Assembly (NCBI RefSeq): GCF_033153115.1
Contig: NW_026889753.1
Span: 124,001-188,000 of the forward strand
Direction: 5' to 3'
DNA from: Saccostrea echinata
Lineage: Eukaryota
DNA: 64,000 nucleotides
Shown: piece by piece, positions 52,923 to 64,000 of the stretch
Layout of the letters: the number at the start of each line of letters is the position of its first letter
Position numbering within the stretch: position 1 is the first letter of the stretch
Made by a program: the position numbers and the translations under genes
Notes under the pieces: generated by a model
What the model was told of the DNA's origin: nothing
Database searches by the model: none
Seen by the model: the letters and a program-made list of their open reading frames with translations, nothing else

Positions 52923-55076
52923 CACCAGTATCTGAAGGAAAATTAAATATCGCAAAATACTACACTCAGAAAAAGTGGAGGGCCGGGGCCCCCTAGCCCC
53001 ACCGCTACCTACGGACATGTGGAAAATTCAACAATTATGAAATCATATGTTATTAAAATATGGATAAGAGATTTTTGAAAATTTATCACCTGTATTGAAT
53101 TTATAATTTCATAACAGAATAATCACTTCAAACTGAATTAGATTTCTTGGCATTCAAGCTGATACATGTATTATAATACATGTATTACACTTTGGACATA
53201 CAGTATAACACTGATATCGATATGATGATTTACACAGTCCATGTAGAAATACGCATATATACAACATTTCCATTAGCACACGTATTCTCAATAAAGGTTT
53301 GCAAAAGCTTAATCAGTTTTTAATCAATTTCTTGTAATCCATATTACAGGCAAACAATATGGTATTTTAATAAATTTCTGAAATATTTTCATTCAATATA
53401 TTTCCATTCGGGATCAGATTTATTTAGATCGGGAAAGGAACAAATTTCAACATCACCATCTCTTTCTTTGAAATCTAGTTGCCCCGTTTCAATTTCTATA
53501 AAGAATATGATCATATACTATTTTTTTTATAGATGCTGAACGTTTCTTGAAGATTTTATCTAGATTTAAAGATATTAACAATTCAGGAATTTCATATTCA
53601 TAAATACTTTTAGATAAGCAAAATTTCTTCTTCATGATGTTTTATGAGTATAATGCATTAGATGACAGCAAATTTGAAACTCTGTTTCTCATTTACAATA
53701 AAAAAAAACATTTTTAACACGTTATTGGCCACTTTCTTTTTAAATGCATTTAATATAAAGTGTTTATCTGATAAATTGATCAAAAGACACTCTCAAATAA
53801 ATTCGTCTGAGAAAAGTACGATTGATTGTAAATTAATTAAAAACAAGTACCTATTTTTAAAAAAATGATAGACAAATCTGCACATCTTAAACGCAATGAC
53901 AGTTCATACTTTGAAATAGGAAAAAAAAATCAGCATTACGGACAAGATAATTAAATACTGGAACATTTTACGAATTCATATTTTTCTGTTCTATAATTTT
54001 ATATTTAATTAAAGGGGAAATTAAGGTAAAAGGTGCATTAACTTAATTGATGGCATAATTACCGAATATTTCTTATTAGGCCAAAATAAAATTATTGTTT
54101 GTTTCGAATTGCCTCCCACCTCATTGAAATGACCCCTCCTGGAAAAATGATGGGTGATACCCTTTACAAAAAGGCAGAAAATAATGTGTTCATTCCTTAT
54201 TGAGATTTTGTCATCAATTCTTATTTTAACTTCAATTTTGAAAAAAAAAATAATTTCCCTCCCTCCCTCCTCGATCTGAAACCTCCCAGGCGGCAATTCC
54301 AAACAAACAATTTTTTAAGGAGGACCTTATCGAAAATATATTAAATGTATATTGTTTGAGGAGTTTTTTTTACAAAAAACATTATCCAATTCAAAAATTA
54401 AACATTATCAGGGACCCAGTGTGTGGGGGAGATGAGGAAGGTGGGGGGGGGGGGGGGTAGGTAATTGAGTAACCAAAATATTCAGCAAACTTTAATAGTA
54501 CAAGAAAACAAATACTGAAAGTGCAGGTCAGCCTAAATTACAAGTTAATTTTAAACAGAAAACACCATTACTGAAAAAGCGGGAGGGTTGCAGCCCTCTC
54601 CCCCATACTACGCGTGCCTGTTTTTTTTTTTTTTTTTAACCCGGGCACTTCTTAATATCTTACCCAATTTCACAATTCATTCTTACTTACAAATTTCTAG
54701 TTCATCAAACCTTTTAACGGAAAAAGTCTGCATCCTCGCTGGATTTTTACTACCTTTCTATTTACCTACATAATAATTGAAATTTCCCTATTTTTCGCAT
54801 ATCATATATGTACATGAATAGGTATTATATCATATACATACAAAATAATTATTCTTTTATCTCTTTATGATCAAAACACTTGCCACTTTTTTCAAGTTGT
54901 GTACAGACTAAGAACTTACGCCTACTCATGAGCAGGCGTAGATTTAAGCTTAACTTTAGTCTCGACCAAGTCTGCGCCTTTTTGTGAAACGCTACTTAGT
55001 CCGATTTATGGATTTAGTCACTGACTTAGTCGGACTAACTTAGGCCCAATTCTACGACTTTTTGAGAAACGAGCCC
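52021..55076 (+). mobile_element. PIF/Harbinger-type non-autonomous element, copy A (orientation defined as +)
   Basis: TIR GGGCTCGTTTCTCAA.AAG...; flanked by CAG (52018-52020) and CTG (55077-55079); many CTTAG/CTAAG subterminal motifs; no transposase ORF. Confidence 0.88.
54079..54326. mobile_element. 248-bp MITE with TTA TSD inserted in copy A
   Basis: TTA|GGCC...TTGTTTGTTTCGAATTGCC...GGCAATTCCAAACAAACAA...GGACC|TTA; copy B shows the empty site (TTCTTATTATCG on the reverse strand) and copy C also lacks the insert. Confidence 0.85.
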
Positions 55077-55079
55077 CTG

Positions 55080-57920
55080 GGGCTCGTTTCTCAAAAAGGC
55101 CTACGACCGGGCGTAAGCTTAGTCCGGACTAAGTCAGTGACTAAACCCAAAAATCAGGCTAAGCAGCGTTTCACAAAAAGGCGCAGACTTCGTCGAGACT
55201 AAAGTTAAGCTTAAATCTACGCCTGCTCATGAGTAGGCGTAAGTTCTTAGTCTGTTCACAACTTGGGAAAAGTGGCAAGTGTTTTGATCATAAAGAGATA
55301 AAAGAATAATTATTTTGTACGTATACGATATAATACCTAATATACCTATTCATGTACATACATGATATGCGAAAAATATGTGAAATTTTCAATATTATGT
55401 AGGTAAATAGAAATAAGTAAAAATCCAGCGAGGATGCAAACTTTTTTCCGTAAAAAAGGTTTGATGAGCTGGAAATTTCTAAGAATTTTGAATTGTGAAA
55501 CTGGGTAAGATATTAAGAAGTGCCCAAGTTTTTTCAAAAAAAAAAAGGCACGCGTAGTTAAGGGGTGGGGGCTGCAACCTCCCGGTTTTTCAGTAATGTT
55601 TTTTTTTTCTGTTAAAAATTAAGTTGTAATTTAGACTGACCTACACTTTCAGTATTTGTTTTCTCATACTGTCAAAGTTTGCTGAATATTTTGGCTAATC
55701 AATTTATTGTACCTACCCCCTTCCCCATCTCCCCCACACACTAATAATTTTTAATTTTTGAAATGGATAATGTTTTTTGAAAAAAAAAATCTTCAAACAA
55801 TATACATTTAATATATTTTCGATAATAAGAAATATTCGGTAATTATGCCATCAATTAATTTAATGCACCTTTTACCTTAATTTCCCCATTAAATAAATAT
55901 AAAATTTATAGAACAGAAAAAATATGAATTTGTAAAATGTTCCAGTAATTAATTATCTTGTCCGTAATGCTGTTTTTTCCCTATTTCAAAGTATGAACTG
56001 TCATGGCGTTCAAGATGTGCAGATGGGTCTATTTTTTTTAAATAGGTACTTGTTTTTAATTAATTTACAATCTATCGTACTTTTCTCAGAGGATTTTTTT
56101 GAGAGTGTCTTTTAATCGATTTATGAACAGATAAACACTTTATATTACATGCATTTGAAAAGAAAGTGGTCAATACCGTGTTAAAAATGTTTTTATATTG
56201 TAAATGAGAAACAGAGTTTCAAATTTGCTGTCATTTCCTGCATTTTATAAATCCTCTTTTCTCATAAATCGCATATCAAGAAGAAGAAATTTTGCTTATC
56301 TAAAATATTTATGAATATGAAAATCATGACTTGTTAATATCTTTAAATCTAGATAAAATTTTCAGCCAGAATAATCAATTCAAACTGAATTAGATTTCTT
56401 GGCATTCAAGCTGCAATATGTATTAAATACATGTATAACACTTTGGACATACATGTACAGTATAACATTGAAATCGATATGATAATTTACACAGTCCATG
56501 TAAAAATATGCATATACAACATTTCCATTAGCACATGCATTCTCAATAAAGTTTTGCAAAAGCTTAATTAAATTTTAATAAATTTCTTGTAATCCATATT
56601 ACAGGCAAGCAATCTAATATTTTTATAAATTTCTGAAATATTTTCATTTAATATATTTTTAGTCGGGATCAGATTTATTTAGATCGGGAAAGGTACAAAT
56701 TTCAACATCACCATCTTTTTCTTTTAAGAGATAAATTCAATAATTAATAAACATTTTACAGGTGATTGAAAATTTGACTTATAAGTCTAAGTAGTTTGTT
56801 TCATGATCCTGGGACCTGTTATGAAATTATAAATTCAATACAACTGATAAATTTTAAAAAATCTCTTATCCCTGTTTTAATAATATATATATGATTTCAC
56901 AATTGTTAAATTTTCCACAGATCCGTAGAACCCGGTGGGGCCAGGGGGCCCCGGCCCTCCACTTTTTCTGAGTGTAGTAGTTTGCTAAATTAAATTTTCC
57001 TTCAGATGCTGGTTGTCCCCCCTCCTCCCCACACACTGTAAGGTCGAGCACTGGCAAATTCCATAATTCTATGACTTGGACAGTTGACTACATGTAGCTT
57101 TTGACTTGGCAAATTCCATGACTTGGAGAGTTAATTAGGTTTTTTGACTTTGACAGTTAATGAATTTTTTTTTGTCACATTAATTTGGGAGATCCCCCTA
57201 CCCCCGCAACCCCACTCTTTGGTAGTTTAGGATTTTTGGTGGGCTTGTCAGATTTTTTGGGGAGGAGGTTCTCCCCTCACTTTTGAAACCGTTGCTACGA
57301 ACCTGTTCAAGGCCTTTCCCACTATATTTATTTTAATGTAAACATAAGTGAAAAGACAATATGGCTTAATTCAAAGGAAAATTACTTCAGTAAAATTCTT
57401 CATGCTTATTGAATTCCAATTTTTTGCAAGTACATGTGCTATGTACATCGTTTGGGTTTTAATGTACGATTGTATATCGAAATATCACAATCGAGTACAT
57501 GAACATTTATGTTTTTCTATTGTAATTTGTACCTATGTAGATTTTTTGAAATTTATCTGAGCATACAAAGATATTTATTTAATTTTAATGCTCTGACCTT
57601 GAAAATACGGATAGGTTTGCGTAATATATCTGTTTGAAAGATGTTGAAGAGCGAAAACATGCACGCGTGCTCATGCTTCCCGTGCTTTACTTCTGTATAT
57701 AGGTTCAAGTTTGATATTACTTTGATCCGCCACATGTAATTGTAGTCTCTAAACCAAATAAAATACGATCTGCGCATGCTTAGTATTTAGCAGAGAGGTC
57801 TTAGTCTTAGGCCTAGTCTTACGCCGCTTTCTGAAACGCGATTTAGTCCCGTCTAAATTTTGGCGTAACTTAGTCGGACTAACTTAGGCCCAAATCTACG
57901 ACTTTTTGAGAAACGAGCCC
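55080..57920 (-). mobile_element. PIF/Harbinger-type non-autonomous element, copy B (inverted relative to A)
   Basis: GGGCTCGTTTCTCAAAAAG...CTTTTTGAGAAACGAGCCC, flanked by CTG on both sides; interior is reverse-complement similar to A. Confidence 0.88.
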
Positions 57921-59233
57921 CTGGGGCTCGTTTCTCAAAAAGGCCTACGACCAGGCGTAAGCTTAGTCCGGACTAAGTCAGTGACTAAACCCCAAAATCG
58001 GACTAAGTAGCGTTTCACAAAAAGGCGCAGACTTAGTCGAGACTAAAGTTAAGCTTAAATCTAGGCCTCCTCATGAGTAGGCTTAAGTTCTTAGTCTGTA
58101 CACAACTTGAAAAAAGTGGCTAGTGTTTTGATCAAAAAGAGATAAAAAAAAATTATTATTTTGTACTTATACGATATTCATGTACATGTACATATATGAT
58201 ATGCGAAAAATCGTGAAATATACAATTATTATGTAGGTAAATAGAAAGGCAGTAAAATCCAGCTAGGATGCAGACTTTTTTTCCGTAAAAAGGTTTGATG
58301 AGCTAGAAATTTGTAAGAATTTTGAATTGTGAAACTGGGTAAGATATTAAGAAGTGCCCGAGTTTAAAAAAAAAAAAAAGCAGTCAGGCGTAGTATTGGG
58401 GAGGGGGTTGCAACCTTCCCGTTTTTTCCAGTAATGGTGTTTTGTGTTAAAAATTAAGTTGTAATTTAGTCTGACTTACACTTTCAGTATTTGTTTTCTT
58501 GTACTGTCTAAGTTTGCTGAATATTTTGGTTACTCAATTATCTACCCCCCCTTCCCCACCCCCCTCCCACCCACACACACTGGGTCCCTGATAATGTGTT
58601 ATTTATGATATAGATAATGTTTTTGAAAAAAAAAACTCCTCAAACAATATACAGTTAATATATTTTCAATAATAAGAAATATTCGGTAATTATGCCATCA
58701 ATTAAGTTAATACACCGTTTACCTTAATTTCCCCTTTAATTAAATATGTGTATAGAACAGAAAAATATGAATTTGTAAAATGTTCCAGTAATTAATTATC
58801 TTGTCCGTAATAGTGTTTTTTTTCCAATTTCAAAGGAGTAACTGTCATGGCATATAAGACGTGCAGATGGGTCTATCATTATTTTTTAAACAGGTACTTG
58901 TTTTTAATTAATTTACAATCTATCGTACTTTTCTCAGACAAATTTTGTTTGAGAGTGTCTTTTGATCGATTTATGAACAGATAAACACTTTATATTACAT
59001 GCATTTGAAAAGAAAGTGGACAATAACGTGTTAAACATGTTTTTTTTTTTAATTGTAAATGAGAAACAGTTTCAAATTTTTCTGTCATTTAATGCATTAT
59101 ACTCATAAAACGTATCAAGAAGAAGAAATTTTGCTTATCTAAAAATATTTATGAATATGGAAGTCATGACTTGTTAATATCATTATATCTAGATGAAATC
59201 TTCAAGAAACATTCGGCATCTATAAAAGAAATA

Positions 59234-59604
59234 CATGTGTTTACGAATTGAGAGTGTTTGAGAATTCATGAGGACATGAACTACGACGCTTAATTCACGC
59301 GTTCGCCGGCGTTAGCGCTTCATGATAAATATGCAGGCGTGAAGCGGTGTAGTTCATGTGCCTCATGAATTCGCAAAAATTAAATTCATATCTTATATTT
59401 ACATTATTTTTCTGATGACTTGCCACATATTTTTGTCATTCAACGATCATTTTTGAAAGAAAATAAAGTTTGCACTATAATAGTTGACTTTAATCACATC
59501 ACAATGGAAATATTCTTACTCATCCCAAGGTAGTCCATGAGAACATGAACTTTTTTTAATTTGCAAAAGATGTTGAGGAAAAATATTTGAAAAAACTAAA
59601 TATA
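59234..59604. mobile_element. ~370-bp insertion with an internal hairpin (possibly Crypton-like non-autonomous element)
   Basis: Absent from the homologous site in copy A (53500-53545); inverted repeat GAATTCATGAGG-ACATGAACTAC...GTAGTTCATGTGCCTCATGAATTC. Confidence 0.6.
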
Positions 59605-59705
59605 ATATGATCATATTCTTAATAGAAATTGAAACGGAACCACTAGGTTTAAAACAAAAAGATGGTGATGTTGAAATTTATACCTTTCCCGATCTAAATA
59701 AATCT

Positions 59706-61993
59706 ATTGGCAAATAGTTCGCAGGTTACTGAAGGGTTCTAAGCCATCACACTCTGTTCCATCTCTAAAAGAAGATAATGCCTATGTATTTACAGATGAA
59801 GGGAAATGTGAATTACTGAATGCTTATTTTTGTAAAGTTTCTTCTAATGATAACATAGATAAAGACCTTCCCGAATTCGAAACAAGGACAGAGGCCAAAC
59901 TTGACAATACCACAATAGACGAAAATGAAATTATGGATATTATCGAAATTTTAGATTCTAAAAAAGCCTCCGGTCCCGACAATTTTAGTCATATTTTAAT
60001 AAAAGAAATAAGTAATGAAATTGCAATCCCTCTAAAAATTCTGTTCAATAAATCTCTGAAAACTGGGAAATTTCCATGTGTTTGGAAACATGCTAATGTT
60101 ATTCCTGTCTTTAAAACGGGAGAGAAATCAAACCCATCAAACTACAGACCAATTTCCTTGTTGAGTTGTATGGGGAAAATCCTTGAAAGAGTAATGTTTA
60201 AATACATCTATAACCATTTAGTATCACATAAACTGTTATATAACCTACAAGCTGGATTTATGCGTAGACATTCAACAGTCACCCAGTTAATAGAAATTTA
60301 TCTTAACATTTGTATTGCTTTAGACAATAAAGAAGTCACCTGCTTTGCTTTTTGTGATATCAGTAAGGCATTCGATACGGTTTGGTTGAAAGGCTTAAAA
60401 TACAAATTAGAAAAATACGGGTTTGTGGGTGAAGTTCTTGCTTGGTTAAATGATTATCTTACTGGTCGATCACAGCAGGTCAAAATCAAATCATCAAGTT
60501 CTTCAGTGGGAAGAACGAAAGCAGGAGTTCCCCAAGGTTCTGTTCTTGGGCCTTTACTTTTTTTAGTATATATAAATGACCTACCATGTGGACTCTCAGG
60601 TCTCTCTAGACTATTTGCAGATGACACATCTGTGTCAAACACATCTAAAAACTTGAAAGACTTAGAAAAACTTACTAACCATGATCTAGAAAAAATTAAC
60701 CAATGGTCAAAAAACTGGCTTGTAAAATTTAATTCTGAAAAAACCAAAATATTAATATTTGGCAGTAGTGAAGATGAAGTATCCAAACTAAGCTTTAAGT
60801 TTGACAGTCAAGAAATCATTCCATCTTCTACTCACTGTCATCTTGGACTTTCGAATTCTGGGAAATGGACAAACCACATTGATAATATTATTAAAAAGGC
60901 TTCAAAAGAAACTGCAGTTCTTAGAAAATTGAAATTATCTTTAAATCGTGATTTCTTAACAAAGATGTATACTACATTCATTAGGCCCTTATTTGAATAT
61001 GCATCAGAAGTATGGGATAATATTTCTGCAGCTGACTGTGAAAGGCTAGAGAAACTTCAATTAGAAGATGCACGTATTGTAACTGGACTTCCTATTTACT
61101 CCCCCCGTGACTCTTTATATCATGAAACAGGATGGGAAACACTTGCTTATAGACGAGAAAAGAGAAAGTTATGTTTAATGTTTAAAATAAAACATGGTCT
61201 CGCGCCAGACTATTTATCGAATCTATTACCTCCTGAAGTCTCAGAAATAACCCAGTATGATTTACGAAATTGTAATAATATTGTTATACCCAAATGTAGA
61301 ACGAACTTATTAAAAAAAATTCCTTCTTTCCATCTACAATATCATTATGGAACGCCTTGCCCTCTGAAATCAGAAACCTTGAAACTGTAAATGCTTTCAA
61401 AAAAAGACTTCTTAAATGTGAATCTCCCCCAAAATATTTTTCTTTTGGTGAAAAGAAAATAAACTCAATTCTAACTAGAATGAGACACAATGTGAGTCTC
61501 CTTAAGTCAGACCTGTTCAAAGTCAGGCTTTCAGATAACACTCATTGTTCTTGTGGATATACCAATGAAAACACTGAACACTTTTTTTTGTATTGTAAGA
61601 ATTATGCTGAAATAAGAGCAGAATTATTTCACACTATAAGAAATAACAAAGGAACAATAGACCTTGACACAATTCTATTTGAGGACTCAAACTTGGGACA
61701 ACAAAATAATATGAACATAGCTAAAGCCGTACACAAATATATTAAAAAATCGAAAAGATTTTTATGAATACCCAGCGTAACCATTCTGTATCTATTACAA
61801 CCCCTTTCCTTTCTTTCTTTGCACCCCCACCCTTTTCTTATTTCCCTGCACTTTTTTTGTATTGTACATTTGTTGGTTGTACATCACGTGTATATGTATA
61901 TGTCATTTTGTTTGTGTTGGAGAGGACAATTCTAAGTTGGTAAAACTTGTGTCCAATCCTATTGATTATGTTTCAATAGAATATGTTTAAATA

Positions 61994-62030
<37 letters not shown>
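59706..62030 (+). mobile_element. 5'-truncated CR1-group LINE (RT plus C-terminal CCHC) with poly(A) tail and TSD
   Basis: Frame is open from the truncation point (YWQIVRRLLKG...) through NYRPISLLS, CDISKAFD, GVPQGSVLGPLLF and LFADD. One frameshift lies at the A-run near 61312-61319, then CSCG...EHFFLYC to the stop at 61767. A-tail runs 61995-62030; TSD AAATCT at 59700-59705 and 62031-62036. Confidence 0.93.
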
Positions 62031-62037
<7 letters not shown>

Positions 62038-63373
62038 ATCCCGACTGGAAATTATTAAATGAAAATATTTCGGAAATTTATAAAAATACTAGACTGCTTG
62101 CCTGTAATATGGATTAGAATAAATTAATTAACTAATTAAAATATATATTTTATATTATTGATAAACTAAAAATACTTGATTGACTAATTAAGCTTTTGCA
62201 AATCTTTACTGAGAATGTGTGTGCTAATGGAAATGTTGTATATGCGTATTTTTACATGGATTGTGTAAATTATCATATCGATATCAATGTTATACTGTAT
62301 GTCCAAAGTGTAATACATGGTAATACATGTTTTATAATACATGTATAAGTTTGAATGCCAAGAAATTTAATTCAGTTAGAATTGATTGTTATGAAATTAT
62401 AAATTCAATACAACTAATAAATTTTCAAAAATCTCTTATCCATATTTTAATAATATATGATTTCATAATTGTTAAATTATCCACAGGTCCGTAGAACGCG
62501 ATGGGACCAGGGGGCCCCGGCCCTCCACTTTTTCTGAGTGTAGTAGTTTGCTATATTAAATTTTCCTTCAGATGCTGGTGCCAACCCCTCCCCCACCCCA
62601 TTTTGTCGCTGTAAGGTCGATCACTGACAAATTCCATAATTCCATGACTTGGACAGTTAATAAGGTTTTTGACTTGGACAGTTAATGAAATTTTTTTTTT
62701 GGGGGGGGGGGGTCCCCAACTTTTGAAACCGTTGCTACGAACCTGTTCCAGGCCTTTGCCACTACCTTATGTGTATTTATTTTAACATAAAACATAAGTG
62801 AAAAGACAATATGGCTTATTTTCAAAGGAAATTTACTTCAGTAAAGTTCTTTATGCTAAATGTACTCCAATTTTTCGCAAGTACGTATGCTATGTACAAC
62901 GTTTGGGTTTTAATGTACGATTGTATATCACAATGGAGTACATGCATGTTTATGTTTTTCAAATGTAATTTGTATCCATAAAGATTTTTTAAAATTTATC
63001 TGAGCATACAAAAATAGTTATTTAATTTTTATGCTGTAACCTTGAAAATATGTATACAGATTGGTTTGCATAACATATCTGTTTGAAAGATGGCGAAGAG
63101 AGAAAACATGTACGCGCACTAATGCTATCCGTGCCTTACTTCTGTATTCAGGTTTAAATTTAATATTAATTTGATCCGCCACATGTAATTGTAGTCTCTA
63201 AACCAAATAAAATACAATCTGTGCATGCTTAGTACTTAGCGAAGAGGTTTTAGTCTTAGACCTAGTCTTACGCCGCTTTCTGAAACGCGATTTAGGCCCG
63301 TCTAAATTTTGGCGTAACTTCCTTAGTCGGACTAACTTAGGCCGAAATCTACGACTTTTTGAGAAACGAGCCC

Positions 63374-63750
63374 CAGGTGTCTACTTACAAAAGGTTGACA
63401 TATATGTAGTTTACAGAATATTTACTCAGCTACGTTAAGGACGGCTTGAGTTCATATTTCTGAGGCACAGCGTAGCGAGTATCATTAAAAATTTATGAAG
63501 TAACAAAAATTAATTATATCGCATATTGACGCGTAAGCTGTGTACTTTCCCAGATGCAGGTTAAATATAGGAAATATATCTGCATACTATGCAACAAAGA
63601 ATAAACATTAAGTTTCTTTTTTTCAGTGAATACCAACTTTGTTGAACAAACCACCGTCCTCTGTTAAGATTTGAAAAAAACTATTTTGTGTCAATCGATA
63701 TTTTGTTTGATTATTCTTTGGTTGCTTAGCAACAGAAAAAAGATGTGCAG
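63374..63750 (+). promoter_or_regulatory. Paralogous presumed promoter block, copy 3, right part (left part at 51885-52020)
   Basis: AAAAGGTTGA.ATA.ATGTAGTTTAC..AATATTTACT.AGCTACGTTAAGGA..GCTTGAGTTCA.ATTT.TGAGGCACA matches 23338-23420; 51888-52010 matches 23206-23320. Confidence 0.65.
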
Positions 63751-64000
63751 ACATACACTGTAACCTTTGGTGTTATATCGGGCATATAACGAGACATGCT
63801 TTTCGTATTGTATTTGAACAAACAATGTTTGTTTATTGAGGTACATTTATTATTCATGCATAAATAACGAGTTTCGTTTACAGACAGCAATAGTTAAACA
63901 AGGATATTGTTTTTATATATATAAAAGTGTAGTTAACCTATTGTATTAATTTCATTTTTCTACAAAAAAGTGATAAAAAGAAGACTTTAAACAGTATAAT

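Larger units (their letters stand above)
57924..63373 (-). mobile_element. PIF/Harbinger-type non-autonomous element, copy C (same orientation as B), carrying two insertions
   Basis: Same TIRs; flanked by CTG (57921-57923) and CAG (63374-63376); colinear with B apart from the insertions and B's internal inversion. Confidence 0.88.

Noticed and set aside
52212-57777. Similar short ORFs in the Harbinger-type copies as cargo genes
   Set aside because: Similarity reflects the repeat; frames and stops differ between copies; no transposase or Myb motif.
60454-60786. 110-aa antisense ORF
   Set aside because: Shadow of the LINE RT frame.

Overview
AT-rich eukaryotic genomic DNA with spliceosomal introns, almost certainly an oyster or other bivalve. 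This is inferred from a C1qDC gene, Cg170-like and Pearl/HINE-like satellite-bearing elements and Deu/Nin-like SINEs. Host genes reconstructed by hand: (1) exons of a D8C (UMOD/GP2/OIT3-like) gene running off the left edge on the - strand; (2) an orphan TM plus tail exon pair at about 11 kb; (3) a secreted C1q-domain gene whose frame is restored only by a 28-nt GT-AG intron; (4) an intact 14-exon, 538-aa patatin-like phospholipase (ExoU/VipD-like motifs) with an N-myristoylation-type start and an inserted EF-hand pair. The presumed 5' region of gene 4 occurs three times in the window. The rest is dense in transposons: Tc1/mariner, hAT, Kolobok, Helentron/HINE, Penelope-like, RTE, CR1-like and SINE. 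An 11.35-kb end-to-end trimer of a PIF/Harbinger-type non-autonomous element has junctions reading CAG/CTG/CTG/CAG, which records an inversion or en-bloc move of the array. There is one 159-N assembly gap. All calls were made by eye, with no database searches.
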